From Podarcis erhardii (Eukaryota), in assembly GCA_964252035.1 (NCBI GenBank), contig OZ176216.1: 64,000 nucleotides of DNA, one strand, 5' to 3'. Below the pieces are notes generated by a model, which was not told the DNA's origin, did no database searches, and saw only the letters and a list, made by a program, of their open reading frames with translations. A program made the translations under genes and the position numbers. Of this stretch, positions 21,069 through 33,000 are shown piece by piece (the stretch's first letter is position 1; every line of letters starts with the position of its first letter).

Positions 21069-21476
21069 GAGCCGTCGCTCCCCCTGCAGCAGCCTGGCCT
21101 TGCCACGGAAGGGGCCACTCCAAGCCAACGACAAGGCCCTGCTTTCCTGCTCATGGGTCTCGCCAGCAACCGGCCCCAAGGACTTCTTCCCAACTTCTTC
21201 TTCTCTCCTGTCCCAAAGCCTGCAGCAATTGCTTGACGGGGGCGGCCTGGCTCTCCTGACTCAGGTCCCATTTCAGGACCCCCAGATCATGTGGCTGAAT
21301 CTCACGCTCTCTCTGGCTCACACAGTGACTGCTGCCTGGGGTGGGTGTAGGCTTCACTCTGTGCTAGCAGGAGAAGAGACGCAAACATTTCAGAAGCTGC
21401 TGCCTGGAGCCTGGCACATGGGGCAATGGCTTGTCTCTTTCAGCCAGAGACCCTTCTGGACTCTGATGCGGCTGCC

Positions 21477-21482
21477 AATAAA
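21477..21482 (+). terminator. ERAL1 poly(A) signal
   Basis: AATAAA about 410 nt after the ERAL1 stop, followed by ATTTTGTTGT. Confidence 0.7.
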
Positions 21483-23043
21483 TTGAGGTGGTCACTCAGG
21501 CAACATTTTGTTGTCCCTTACTACTTAGGTCTAATGATCTCAGCCTCAGTGCCCTTCATCTGTAAAATGGGAGCCTTAATGGGTTGTTGACCTTTTTTTA
21601 GGATTTTACCCCAGGAAATAAACTGCCGCAGGGGCCGGATTACACCGAGCGATGGACCGGATTATGCCCCCGAAACGGACTTTGGACATGCCTGCCCTAG
21701 ATTATTTAGTCCGGATTTATCTTGTGAATTGCCCTTTTGATGAAGGGCGGTATGTAAATCTAATAAATAACAATAATAAAAAATTATTATTTAGGGTTAC
21801 TGTCAATCTTTTGTGGGCATTTACAGAGCGAAATGTATAAAGGCCATTTTTCTAGGAAGGCCCATCCTTTCTAATGGCTGAGGAAAACAGATTGTAGTAG
21901 TAGTAGTAGTAGTAGTGAACCATCCCGCTACCCATAGTTCTCAGGGTGGTTCACAACATAAAAATACAAGATAAAAGTAACACAATATACATCTCTGGCT
22001 CATGGGTTTGAGTCACACATTGGGTGAAAGATTCCTGCATTGCAGGGGGTTGGGCTCGATGATCCTCGTGGTCCCTTCCAACTCTGATCTACAAGAACAA
22101 AAACATACCAATAACCCTGCCCCAAATACATTTAAAAGGGTATTGGATGTAATCAGCCAAAGGTCTGGTTGAAGAGGGATGTTTTCACCTGGTGCCTAAA
22201 GGCGTACAATGAAAAGCAACCCCTGCCCTCTCAGCTTCAGGTTTGCTTTGGCAATCTCCATTTTACATATGGAGGACCACAGATTCCCCCATCCGTACAG
22301 GCATACAGGCATGCCTGGTGTGAGGGGTCTGCGCCTTTTTTGCTGCTAACCAAGAGTCCGGTGGCACTTAGTGAAGATGTAACCATTTTACTATCGACAC
22401 TAGACAGATTTTTCAACGTGATGTCAGGTGCTTGAGGCTACAACGCCAGGCACACTTTCTTGGGAGCAAAACCCCACAGAAACACAAGTAGAGCTTGCGT
22501 CAATGTATGCCCACGTAGGATTGCATCGTTGGGTCTGGTCAGAGCAATGGGTACTTTTTGTTCTTCTCCATTTTGCAACAGCTACCTGGGCCCTCTCCTT
22601 TGCATAATTCCTCTTTATAGTTTGCTGCATCTGGCTAACAGGCGTGGCTTTATCCTGTGGCAGCAGAGATCTGGAATAACGTGTCCTCTCTTAACCTCCC
22701 ACCTTCTCTCTCAAAACAGAGGTCACAATGAAATAATAAGATTTATTCCTTGACCTTTGACACAAGGGCCCAGGGTGTGGCTCGCAGTAAAGCACCTTGT
22801 GCCATTTAAAAGCAAGTTAAACAGTTTATGCAGCTATTAAATGAGGAGAAAGGGCCAGTGTGGTATAGTAGTTGGAATTTCGCACTAGGACCTGGAAGGG
22901 ACCAGGGTTCAAATCCCCACTTGGCCATTAAGCTCTCCCTGGGTGACCTTGGGGCCCAGTCACTGCCTCTTGGCCTAACCTACCTCGCAGGGTTGTTTTA
23001 AAGGGGTTGAGGGTCATGTACACCAGCTCCTTGAAGCTGGGGC

Positions 23044-23094
<51 letters not shown>

Positions 23095-23239
23095 TAATTA
23101 CTAATGATAAAATATATAGGGCTGCTACAGTCTCTCTACCCTAACTCAATAGGTCACAAGGTAGGGCAGCCTGGATGTCCTCCAGATGTTCTGGACTACA
23201 ACTCCCATCAGCCCCCAGCCAGCATGTGCTCGTATGTGG

Positions 23240-24010
23240 AGGAAAAGAGAGCGCGTGCGCTGCGCGTGCGCACCAGGATGTCAAAACCGGCATTTCCTCC
23301 ATAGCACAGTAGCGAGCGATGCAGAGACTGGCACAAAAAAGCCATAGGGATAAGGAAAGGTCCGCGTCTCAAACGAAAAAAACCCAACGCAACTGTCACT
23401 TCCGGTTTCCATTTGACCTCCGGAGATACGGTGGGTGTGATGGAAACGAACGCGCACGTGCACGTTCAAGCTGTTATCTCGCCTTGCTCCGAACCCGCAG
23501 AAACGAACAAACCTCAAGGCCGAGCCTCTCTTCTCTTTCGCCACCCCACCCCCACCAGCCCCTAACAGAGAGCCGGAAGTATCTGTGTGCCCTTTCTTGC
23601 TGCTGTGACCCTTCCCTCTTGGAGGCGGTGGTGGTGGAAGAGGAGGAGGAGGAGCCTCTTCTGGGCCGGGCGGCGCGTGCGCAGAAGGGGGGGAGCGGCC
23701 GAGCCGGCTCTGAGGGGAAAGAAGGCGGCGGCGGCGGCGGCGGCTGAAGGCGGCCAGAGGAGAGGCGAGGCGGCGGCGGCGCCATGAGGGCCGGGCGGGG
23801 GCTCCCACGGTGGGTGAGGCGGAGGGAAGCTACGCTTGTCCGGGGGGGGGGGCGGTTAGAAAGATACCCTCCCCCCACCTCTCCTCAGGCCCGGCCAAGC
23901 GCCCCTCCCGCTCCCGGTGGGGGGAGGGGCGGAGGGCCTACCGGGGGGGGGCGATGGGAGGGGGGCAAAAAAACCCACCCGAAAAGGGGGGGAGCACGCA
24001 AGGCCTCTCT
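23240..24010 (+). promoter_or_regulatory. FAM222B CpG island, promoter and first (5' UTR) exon ending at about 23809 (alternative donor at 23813)
   Basis: Dense CpG; NRF1-like GCGCGTGCGC x2 (about 23250-23272), CACTTCCGG near 23397, CCGGAAGT near 23573, CACGTG, (GGC)n leader, and overlapping donors CACG|GTGGGT and TGG|GTGAGG. Confidence 0.75.
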
Positions 24011-27000
24011 GCGTGAGGGGGAATTAATGGGGGGGCGACTGAGGGGTAACTAATGGGGGTGATAATTGGGGGGTTGTGTATTTTTGGAGTATTTAATAGG
24101 GATGTTAAGGGGGGCTTAGGACGATGGAGGGGGGCTGTGTATTTGGGGGGCAATTAGGGGGACCTGGGGGAAGTCCATCCCCCCCTCCCATTAATTTTGC
24201 ATTTGTTGCGGTGGGGAACAGAGGACTATTCCCCCCCCCCCACATTCACATATATGTACAGTATATCTATATATACACGTGCTTTTTTCAGCCTGCTCCA
24301 AATTCAAACGCCCCATTTTAAAATTTGTTTCGATAAAGATGGTAGCCTCATCTGCTGCTCTTCCCCCCCCCCACCCCTTTTTGTCATTCTTCCCCAATCC
24401 CAGTATCAAGATGAATGTTAGAGGAAAAAGAAAAAATTCCCCCAGGGGGTCGGTGGGGCCTCTTCCCGCCCCCAGTTCCGCTGCTGCTGAGGAGCCTCCT
24501 CTGGCTGCACCTCCTTCTTTGCCCCTGCTTATCTGCCTACCGATTTTGAACTTGCAAAGTCACCTGCTTCCTCGCTTCTTAGGGAAGCCCCCCCCCCAAA
24601 CCCCCTTCCGGCCTGAGTTGCTCCTCCTCCTGCTGCACCATCAGAGTCTCCTCTTTCCATTGCAGCCACCCCCCACCCCTTGAACTTGCAGCCTCTCCCC
24701 CCCCCCCAGCTTCCTCTTTCCATCAGGTGGGCTCCTGCTTTCTTTTCCTTTTCCTTCCTGCACAAATCCAGCTGGGGCTGCTCATGTTTGCTCTTGCATC
24801 ATTTCTCTCTCCCCTCCCCACACCTGGGTCCTTGAACTGGCTGCCTCAGCTGGGTTCCCCCCTGTGGGAGGTGGGCCTCTTGCCCCTCCCACAATGAACT
24901 ACAGCTTGCATTGCAGCCCAAGCACTTAACTCCACTTCTCTCCCCCATTGCAAACTGCAGCCCCCACTTTCTCTTGAGGTCTCTCTCTCCCCCCCCACTC
25001 CCATAAATCTTTCCCCAGTGCCATATCCTGCTCCATCACCAATATCCACCCCTTTCAGCTTGCAGCCTTGCCTGCTGTCTTTACCTGGATATGACCCCCT
25101 CCTGCACCACCTCTTGAGTTTTCTACCGTACTGAATTGGGCGTCTGTGTGTATCCACCTTTAGTAGCAGTAGGAATAAGGTTTGGTCTCATTCCAAAGGT
25201 GGGGGGGAGACATGGTAATTTTTATTTCTTTTTAATAAGGGATGGTCTAGGGCCTTGCTTTGCCCCATACCCCTGTTTGGTCAAGGAGGCAGGTGCCCCT
25301 GAAAATCTATTTAATGCTATAGAGCAACTGCCTTGAGTGAACCTGGTTTGTTCCATAAGTTAGCTACCTTTCCCCGCCCCTACATATCAGTCCCCTAAGT
25401 CTTGGCCAGTCTAACCTGCCACGCCTCCCCAGTGTGTCCAAGGCTCTCGTGAAATTCAAACTTAATTCAAATTCAATTTAGGACATGTGTCCTTTTACAA
25501 AACAGACTTGCCCTATAGTCCCCACGCTCTCCTTGTTCAGGTCCCTTTGCCCAGCTCCCTTGTGGCAGGAATTCAGATCCGAAGGCTCCCTCACCTCCCA
25601 GCAAGGGCACCCCTGGTAGTGACATTGCATCAGGCAGGCCTGCAAGGCATCACGTCCTGCTTCTGTCCTCTGTCACAGAGACATTCAATGTCCTCTGTGG
25701 ATTTTGGAAGCAGGGAACAAAAAAGATGCTGGTTTTTGGTCTTGGTGGGGCCTGGAGAGACAGCCCCCCCCCCCTGTTCCTAGGGGAAGTAACGGAAAGA
25801 ACAGGTGCCTTTTGGAGACCACCTTTGGCTTCTCCTGGAATTGAGAGACTAGGCTTGGCTGATTTAATTACACTTAAGGGTCTTTCCCTAAATTTCTTTA
25901 GGTGTTCTTAGTTCTCTCTGCCTCGGTTGAAGTGTCTGATGAGTCAAATTTAGATGATATGAATGGGTTGAGAGAGCAAGGGTGGGGGTGCCATCTAGGG
26001 GGAAATCCACTTTGTCCTACTCTCATTATGCAATGCCCCCCTCCAAAAAAAAAACCCCCCCACCCCACCCCCCTTTGATAGAGTTTGCAAACATGTGAAA
26101 TTCCATGGCTGGTTGCCTGAGGGGCGGTTCTGTCACGGGGAGCTGAGGTAGCTTTAATCAAGCTGCCACTTCCATTCTCGGCCTCGCTCAGAGGCCTTTT
26201 TTGCATCTGGCTTGAAAAGCCAGTTCGGATTATTTCCTCTCTGTCATGGACTCAGCCTCTCCCTTCCTCAGGCTACATATCTGCTGCCAGAACTGGGGAT
26301 GGTAGTGGGGGCAAATGTCTGGTGCTCCTGAACGTGTAAGGATTCTGGTACTTAGAAAAATAAATAGGAAGTTGCCTTGTATTGGGTCAGGATTTATGTC
26401 CCATCTAAACCAGAATTGTTTGTTCTGACTGGCAGCAGCAGGCTTCCAGGTTTTCAGGCAGAGGGGCATTGTTCCCAGCACTCAATCCCTTTTTATCTGG
26501 TGACTGAATCTGCAACCTCCTGCACACAAAGCAGGACCTCTGCCCCTGAGCTGTGAATCCTACACTTTATGTGAAGGTGAAAACCAGAATTTTGTGATGC
26601 CACAAACCAGAATTTTCCTAGCCCCATTGATGATACTGATTTACTGGGAATCCTGAATGGGGAGAGTGCTTTTGTTGTGCCCAGGTCCTGCTCGTAGTCT
26701 TCCCAGAAGAGACGTTTTGCTAGGCCCTGTGAGAACAGGAGGCTGGACTAGGCCTGATCCAGCAGCCAGATTCTCTCCTGTTGCTCTTGTAAGTGGTAGG
26801 AGTTCTGCCCCTGCTCTCAATTACCCCATCTCCATATTGAGTTTATGGTCTCCCTATGTTTGTGGGGAGTGGGGATATTTACTACCACATACTTGGAAAA
26901 CTTTGTTGGGGCAAGTTAGCCTGTCACAGGACATCACCTTTCCTCAGCATGAGATACTGGGATCAATGGAGGACCGATTCCTTTGTAATCAGGGCGGTTG

Positions 27001-30000
27001 ATAGCTTTGATGGCCATCTGTACCAGAAAGATATTGAAAACTGAGGATAACTGCTTATAAATGTATGCTCATCACAAACCCGAGGTATGCATCTCACATG
27101 TCAGCGATGCTGTATAGTTACCAAATTGAGAAGCCTAAATAGTTGGCCTCTTTGGGTGTTTAAATGATCATACCCAGGAGGAACTCCAGCTCCCATCCCA
27201 TGCTGGCTGGAGCTGATGAGAACTGGAGTCCCAACAACTTCCGGAGGGTCCCAACTCCTGACCTATGGGGCTGAGACATTTCCCCTCCGGTTTCTAGTAC
27301 TTTAAGCCCCAACTGTGCTCAAGGTTGGAGGACAATTGTGGCCCATTTAGGAACTGATGCTAGATTTCTAGATGTTTTCCTCCCCAGTCCTGATCATATA
27401 AGTGTAATTTTCTTGAGAGAGAATGAGCCCCTCAAGTCTTGTGTTCAAATCTTCAGGAATTTGGTGGGGGGTGGGAAATCATAGCTCAGTGACAAAGCAC
27501 TGAGTCCTGGTTCTCTGGACTCTTGTTTTTACAGTCAGAAAGCTCCTTGCCTCCTAAGGTGCATATCATGACCTTTCTCAGCCAGGTGCCCTCAAGATGT
27601 TGTGGACTACAACTCCCATAAGCCCCAGCCAGCACCTTGAGGGCACCCAGTTGGCAAAGGCTGGCAGTGAGGTAGGTTGTGGCATTGTCTGTGGCCTGCC
27701 TGTGCCTTTTTGGGGTGTGTTAGGAGAACTTCCTCCAAGCCCTATGTGCACATTTGCTGTTCTTGTTCACTTGCCATTTTACAGGTGAGCTAGCGGTGCA
27801 GATAGAGGTTACCTGCAGAGAGTTGATTGGCTTGGCTTCCCCCGTGCCTAAGTCCCCTCCTGCTGCAGTGGGGGTGCAGAAGTCTCTGAGGAGCAAGAAA
27901 GCTCATCAGGGTTGAGTCTGAGGCTGACTTTCTAAAATTATTATTAAAAGGAAGAGTGGCACAGCTTTGATAAATGTTTTGTGATGACCTTTGGTTTGAC
28001 ACAAGTGATAAATGGAGGAACAGCATTTGACAAATGCCACGGGATGGGGGATGTGAGTGGCAGGTGAAATGATCTGGTTCCCTTTTCTTATTCTCCCCTC
28101 CACCTCCCCAAAATTCATTTTTCTGTGTCTGAAGTCAAGGAAATTGCTGTAAGCAAAGTAAGGTTTTGATGGTGGTCTGTTCTAACAAGCCTGATCAAAT
28201 AACCTCCTCAGAATAAGAGAATTTATTCTGCTGCTTCCCCTCTTATACAGCCTAATCCAATGCATATTTACTCAGAAGTAAGTACTGCTTTGATCTGATT
28301 TTTCTTTTCACTACACATTTATCTCTAAAAACACTGCTGACCTTGAACAACTGAGGGCCATGCTTGTTATGCTTCCATTAAACCTCCCCCCCAATTGCCT
28401 CCAGTTCCCTTGAGACTTTCCATGAAGTGTGTCACAGGTTTTTTCCAGCCTGTTTAACCCCTGCCTCCCCCACTTTTGCCTCCATTATAACAAATAAACC
28501 ATGCAAAGCCAAAGTGCTGCCTCCCCTAATATTTTTTGTCTTTTGGCCAAAGTTGTTGAGCTTTTTTGCAGATTCTCAAAGAAAATAAACACAGATTTTC
28601 CCAGATTTTTGCAATTTCTGCCTGGACATTTTTTCCAACTGCCATATTCCGGCTATGTCCAGGACATTCCAGGCGTATGGCAACCCTATTTTACTTCCAT
28701 CTGCCTAGGAGTAAGTGCCATTGAATTCAGTTCAGGTTGTATCCCAAGTAAGAACACTGCAGATCACACAACAAGGTGGTGGTTGTAATCATGTGGGTCA
28801 TCTGCTCCTCTCATGTTTACGTGGGAGTAAGTTCTTCTGAGTTCAGTATGGCTACCTTCCAAGCAAGGGAAACATGCAAGAGACCGCAGCTTCAAGGGGT
28901 TAACTATTGAACTTGCTGGAATTTACTTCTGATTAAACATGATAAAGATCAGGTTGTAAAAATGAGATTGGACTGTGTCTTGCCCAAGGTATCTTAAGTC
29001 TGAGGTTGAACAGATCACAGCTCAAATGCTGTGGGATTCATGGCTGAGAAGTAAAATTTGATCCTTGCATGTAATAGTTTGGTAAACCCAGAGTTATTAA
29101 GATGTAACCTTCATTTAAGTTCAGTTTGTATGTGTGCAGCAGAAGCAATGGTCTGGATCCAGAGTGTAAAAAAGTGTGGCATCTCTCATGGGCTGACTAC
29201 TTTATTAAACCTATTATTTCATCTGAGGAATAGGGCTGCTTACAAACATCATGAAATAAAATGGATGTACTTGTGTCCCTGAGCTAAAACACAACAGGAA
29301 CACTCCCTCCCTCCAAGCATGTGCAGTTTCCTTAAAAATATGTAGGTCCTTTTTAGCGAGGCGTCTGAATAAGCCTGTGGCTGCTTTTTGGTTTTAATTG
29401 TGCAATTTATCTTTGAACTTAGCGGTCACCTGATTTGAGCACTAGTTTGGTTGAGGTGACCTAGAGACAACCCACTGCATATGTTATTAACCCAGAGTTC
29501 TTTCCGTTTTGAGCTGCCTTGCCAAGTAAGTGCTGGAAACATTTAGGTTTTCCATCCCCTGGATGGAAGAGAGAGTTCTTACGTATGTCTGATTGCACAG
29601 CGATATGAGTTGATCCCACTGAGGCTCTCTGCTGAATTCTTCTTTCCCAGGCTGGCCCCTTTTGGTGTGCTGCAAAGTATTCTGGGGTGTGGTCTAGAGC
29701 AGCCTTGGGGCTGATGGGCACCAGTTGGTCAATGTTGTTCTAGAGTCACTGGCAGTGTCTTTGGACCTCAGTTGCCATCATCTCCACTCAGCATGGCCAA
29801 TGGTCAAGCATGGTGGGGTTTGGAGGGCAGCATTGTAGAATTGTAGAGTTGAATGGGACCCAAAGGGCATTGTGAAGTAGGTCGGGGAAAGGCTGCAGAA
29901 TCCTGGCTTCTACCTCATTGGCACCAACATGGCGCAGTCCTTTTGATTTTTGGCTTTTTCTCAAAAGTCAACCATGCTGACCAAATTGCACTCATGACAA

Positions 30001-33000
30001 GGAAGGAACCGTGCCGGCTCTCAGAATTGATCTCCTGAAACCAATCAGCAGCAGCATAATCAATTTTCTTTTACTTGGAAGAGGAAAGGGAAGCGTTTGT
30101 TAATGCTGTATTCAGTGTGTATTAATTGAAGGGCAATCCTGGATGTAAAGGAGCTCGTGACCTCAGCCACATAGAAAGCCTTTCTGTGTTTCCTTATCTC
30201 CCCTCCCCTCTATGTGATTCACAAAAATGCCTAGTAATGGAGGGTTTGCAAAAAAAAATTCCCCTCCCTCTTCTGGGACAGTCAGTGGGTGCTCCCCACC
30301 CCCTCTTGCCCCTGCCCAGCTGCACTTTCACAAGGGCAGAGAGACCCTTGTTTCTAAATAATCTTGGGAATGGGTACTTGTCTAGGATCCTTGTCTTTGG
30401 TTCTGCTTACCAAATATTTCTCTGTCTCCCTGTCAGGAGAATTGGACTAGCAGTGTGATGCTGAGCTAAATGACTCTTGGGCCAAGGCTCAAGACACAAC
30501 ACTGCCCATACTCTTATCTGAAATTACGGAAGCAGGCCATGAGAATTGTTCGCATCCTTCACTTTTTGCTTGCTTTTTTAAAACAAACAAAAATGCTTGC
30601 ATTCTTCTTCTGCAAGGCACAGAGAGAGGTTGTTGGAGAGAGCGTGGTTGCATTCAGGAACTGCTTCCAGGCATCCCATTGGGGCATCTGGTTAGCTACC
30701 AAGCAGAACATTGGACTCAATTGGCCTTTGGACTGACCCAGTCGCAGGGCCCTTCCCGTGTCCTCCTAGGATTTGCAGAGCGCTGGAGCTCTGCCCCTCA
30801 AGGTCTGCAGGTCCTCTTGACTTCTGAGAGTTTACCAGGTAACATGCTTCCAACTTCAAGCTTGTCTTCCAAACCTTAAGGGTCAGAGGCTTGTCTTTTT
30901 GCTTTGAAATGAAAGCGAATGTCTCTAAGATGCAGAGGGTCTTCTCGGTAGTGGCGCCCACACTGAGGAACAGCATCCCATCAGAAGTCAAGGAGATAAA
31001 TAACTATACAACTTTTAGAAGACATCTGAAGGCAGCCCTGTGTACGGAAGCTATTTAAGGTTTGATGTTTTACTGTGTTTTTAATATTTTGTTAGGAGCC
31101 ACCCAGAGTGGCTGGAGCAGCCCAGTCTGATGGGCGGGGGGTACAAATAATAAAATGATGTTGATGGTCCATACTCCAGTTCATTCTGTTTGTGCATTCC
31201 TGTTGTGGCAGCTCAGATTTCGTACATTCTTTCTGGAAGCTGAAGCAGAAGCTGCTTGGGCAAGTAGGCATGGGAAATGGCAGACGGGGAATTTCTTACT
31301 TGCTCATTTGGTCTCCGAATGACTTGCATTCCCCACCCCCACCCCCAGTTTTTGGTGTTGTTTGGGTGTTCCTTTTCCAGGAGCCAGCTTGGGATCACAG
31401 GTCTGGAGGGTGCTCGTTGCAGCAGGAGAGGTGCAGAGTGTCACGAGCTGAAGGGATAGCCTGGGGTATGCCAAAATCTACAGGGAGAGCTGTGGCAAAT
31501 TGAGCCTTCTGAATCTTCCCTGTTTTAATCTTGGTTGATTTCTGTCTGGCCTGTGAATCAGAAGTTAGAGGGACATTGTGACTTTAGATCATAGAAGCAT
31601 CAGAGCTAAGAAAGGAAAGTCAAGGGAAGAAAGGGCCAGGGGGGCGAGGAGGAAGGATGGCTGCAGTTTGGGTAAAATTTGCTCTGTACATCATGCTTTT
31701 GAGATGTTGACAGAGAGCAGGAGGGCTTTTAAAATTGTGATGGAAAGGAGCTGAGGTGCTCGGCCTTCTACAGATTCGCTCATTACAGGAAAGGTAGTGA
31801 AGCCCTCTGTAGAGCAGCCAGGACCCCTACCTCCAAACCTGACCTTTCATATGAATGTAAGAAGTTCCCTGACACTGAGCCAGCCCATTGCTCTTTCTGG
31901 CTCAGTACAGTCCACATTGACTGACAGCAGTTGGCTTTCCAGGGGTTCAGGTGGGAGTGTTTTTCCAACCCTCCCCCAAAACAAAGTAAAAAATACTTTT
32001 TTTTTTTAAATGATAGGGTGTGCAGAGTTAGCAGCTCTCCCTCTGTTGTAGACTTTGCTCCTGAGCAGCAGTCAGACTCTGTTCCTGCGCGGTGGGGCAA
32101 GCAGAACTATTTGCGACTGCCAGCCAGGAGAGCAGATCTCAGATGCTGACCAAGCACTGAAGCTCACCTGTTTGGTGCCCTTGGCAAGCCAGCATCTCTT
32201 GGCCTGCTCTGCTTCCTAGGGTGGTTGCAAGGTGAAGTCGAATCATCCCCCACAAGTCGCCTTGGAGGCAGTGGGAGAGGACGACAATGTAAGTGTGATC
32301 AGCTACCCCTCCAGGCTGTTGTAAATTGTGAGGGTGTCAACTTACTGGCACATTGAATCAGCTTGCAATATTAACGTTGGGCCGTTGAAATCTGGAAGCC
32401 GCAACTAGTGGAAGGGCAACCAACTCAGGTTTCTTCTTTAAAAGAAAAAGAAGTTGCCAGGCGTCAGAAAGAGCCTGTTGATGTGTTTGTAGCAGACATC
32501 CTGGTTGAGGCGTTGAGTGTTGTATGCCGCTGACTTGGAGTCACAGGAGCAAAGGTGGGAGCAGGTGAGATGGGGCAGGTATGTGTGATCAAGTAGCTAT
32601 GTATAATAACCCTCCTCCTCTCCAACTCATGGAAACACATCCTTTCCTTAGCTGGCTGGAAGAACAGCTTCAAATATATTGGTGATCTCCTTTTGCTTTT
32701 CTCTCTCTCTCCCACTGCCTTTCCTTTCTTCAATTCACATCTAAGATGATAAATTCAGCTCCCTTGAAATAGAATCTGCCAGAGTGGATGTGGGGTTTCT
32801 GCAACTGGCAGTGAGAGTTATAAAATCAGAATTGTCAAGTTGGAAAGGGACCTCAGGGATCATCTAGCCCCCTGCACTACAGGAGTTACTGCCTTCACTG
32901 GTTCCGATTTAAAAGAGAGGTAGAGCTGGGTACCAACCTGGTCCTCTCCAGGTATTTAGGACCAAAAGTCCTATTTTTATTGTTATTTATTCAGTTTTTG

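Noticed and set aside
23281-24053. 130-175 aa ORFs across the FAM222B CpG island
   Set aside because: Low-complexity Gly/Arg/Pro translations typical of CpG islands, with no homology signal.
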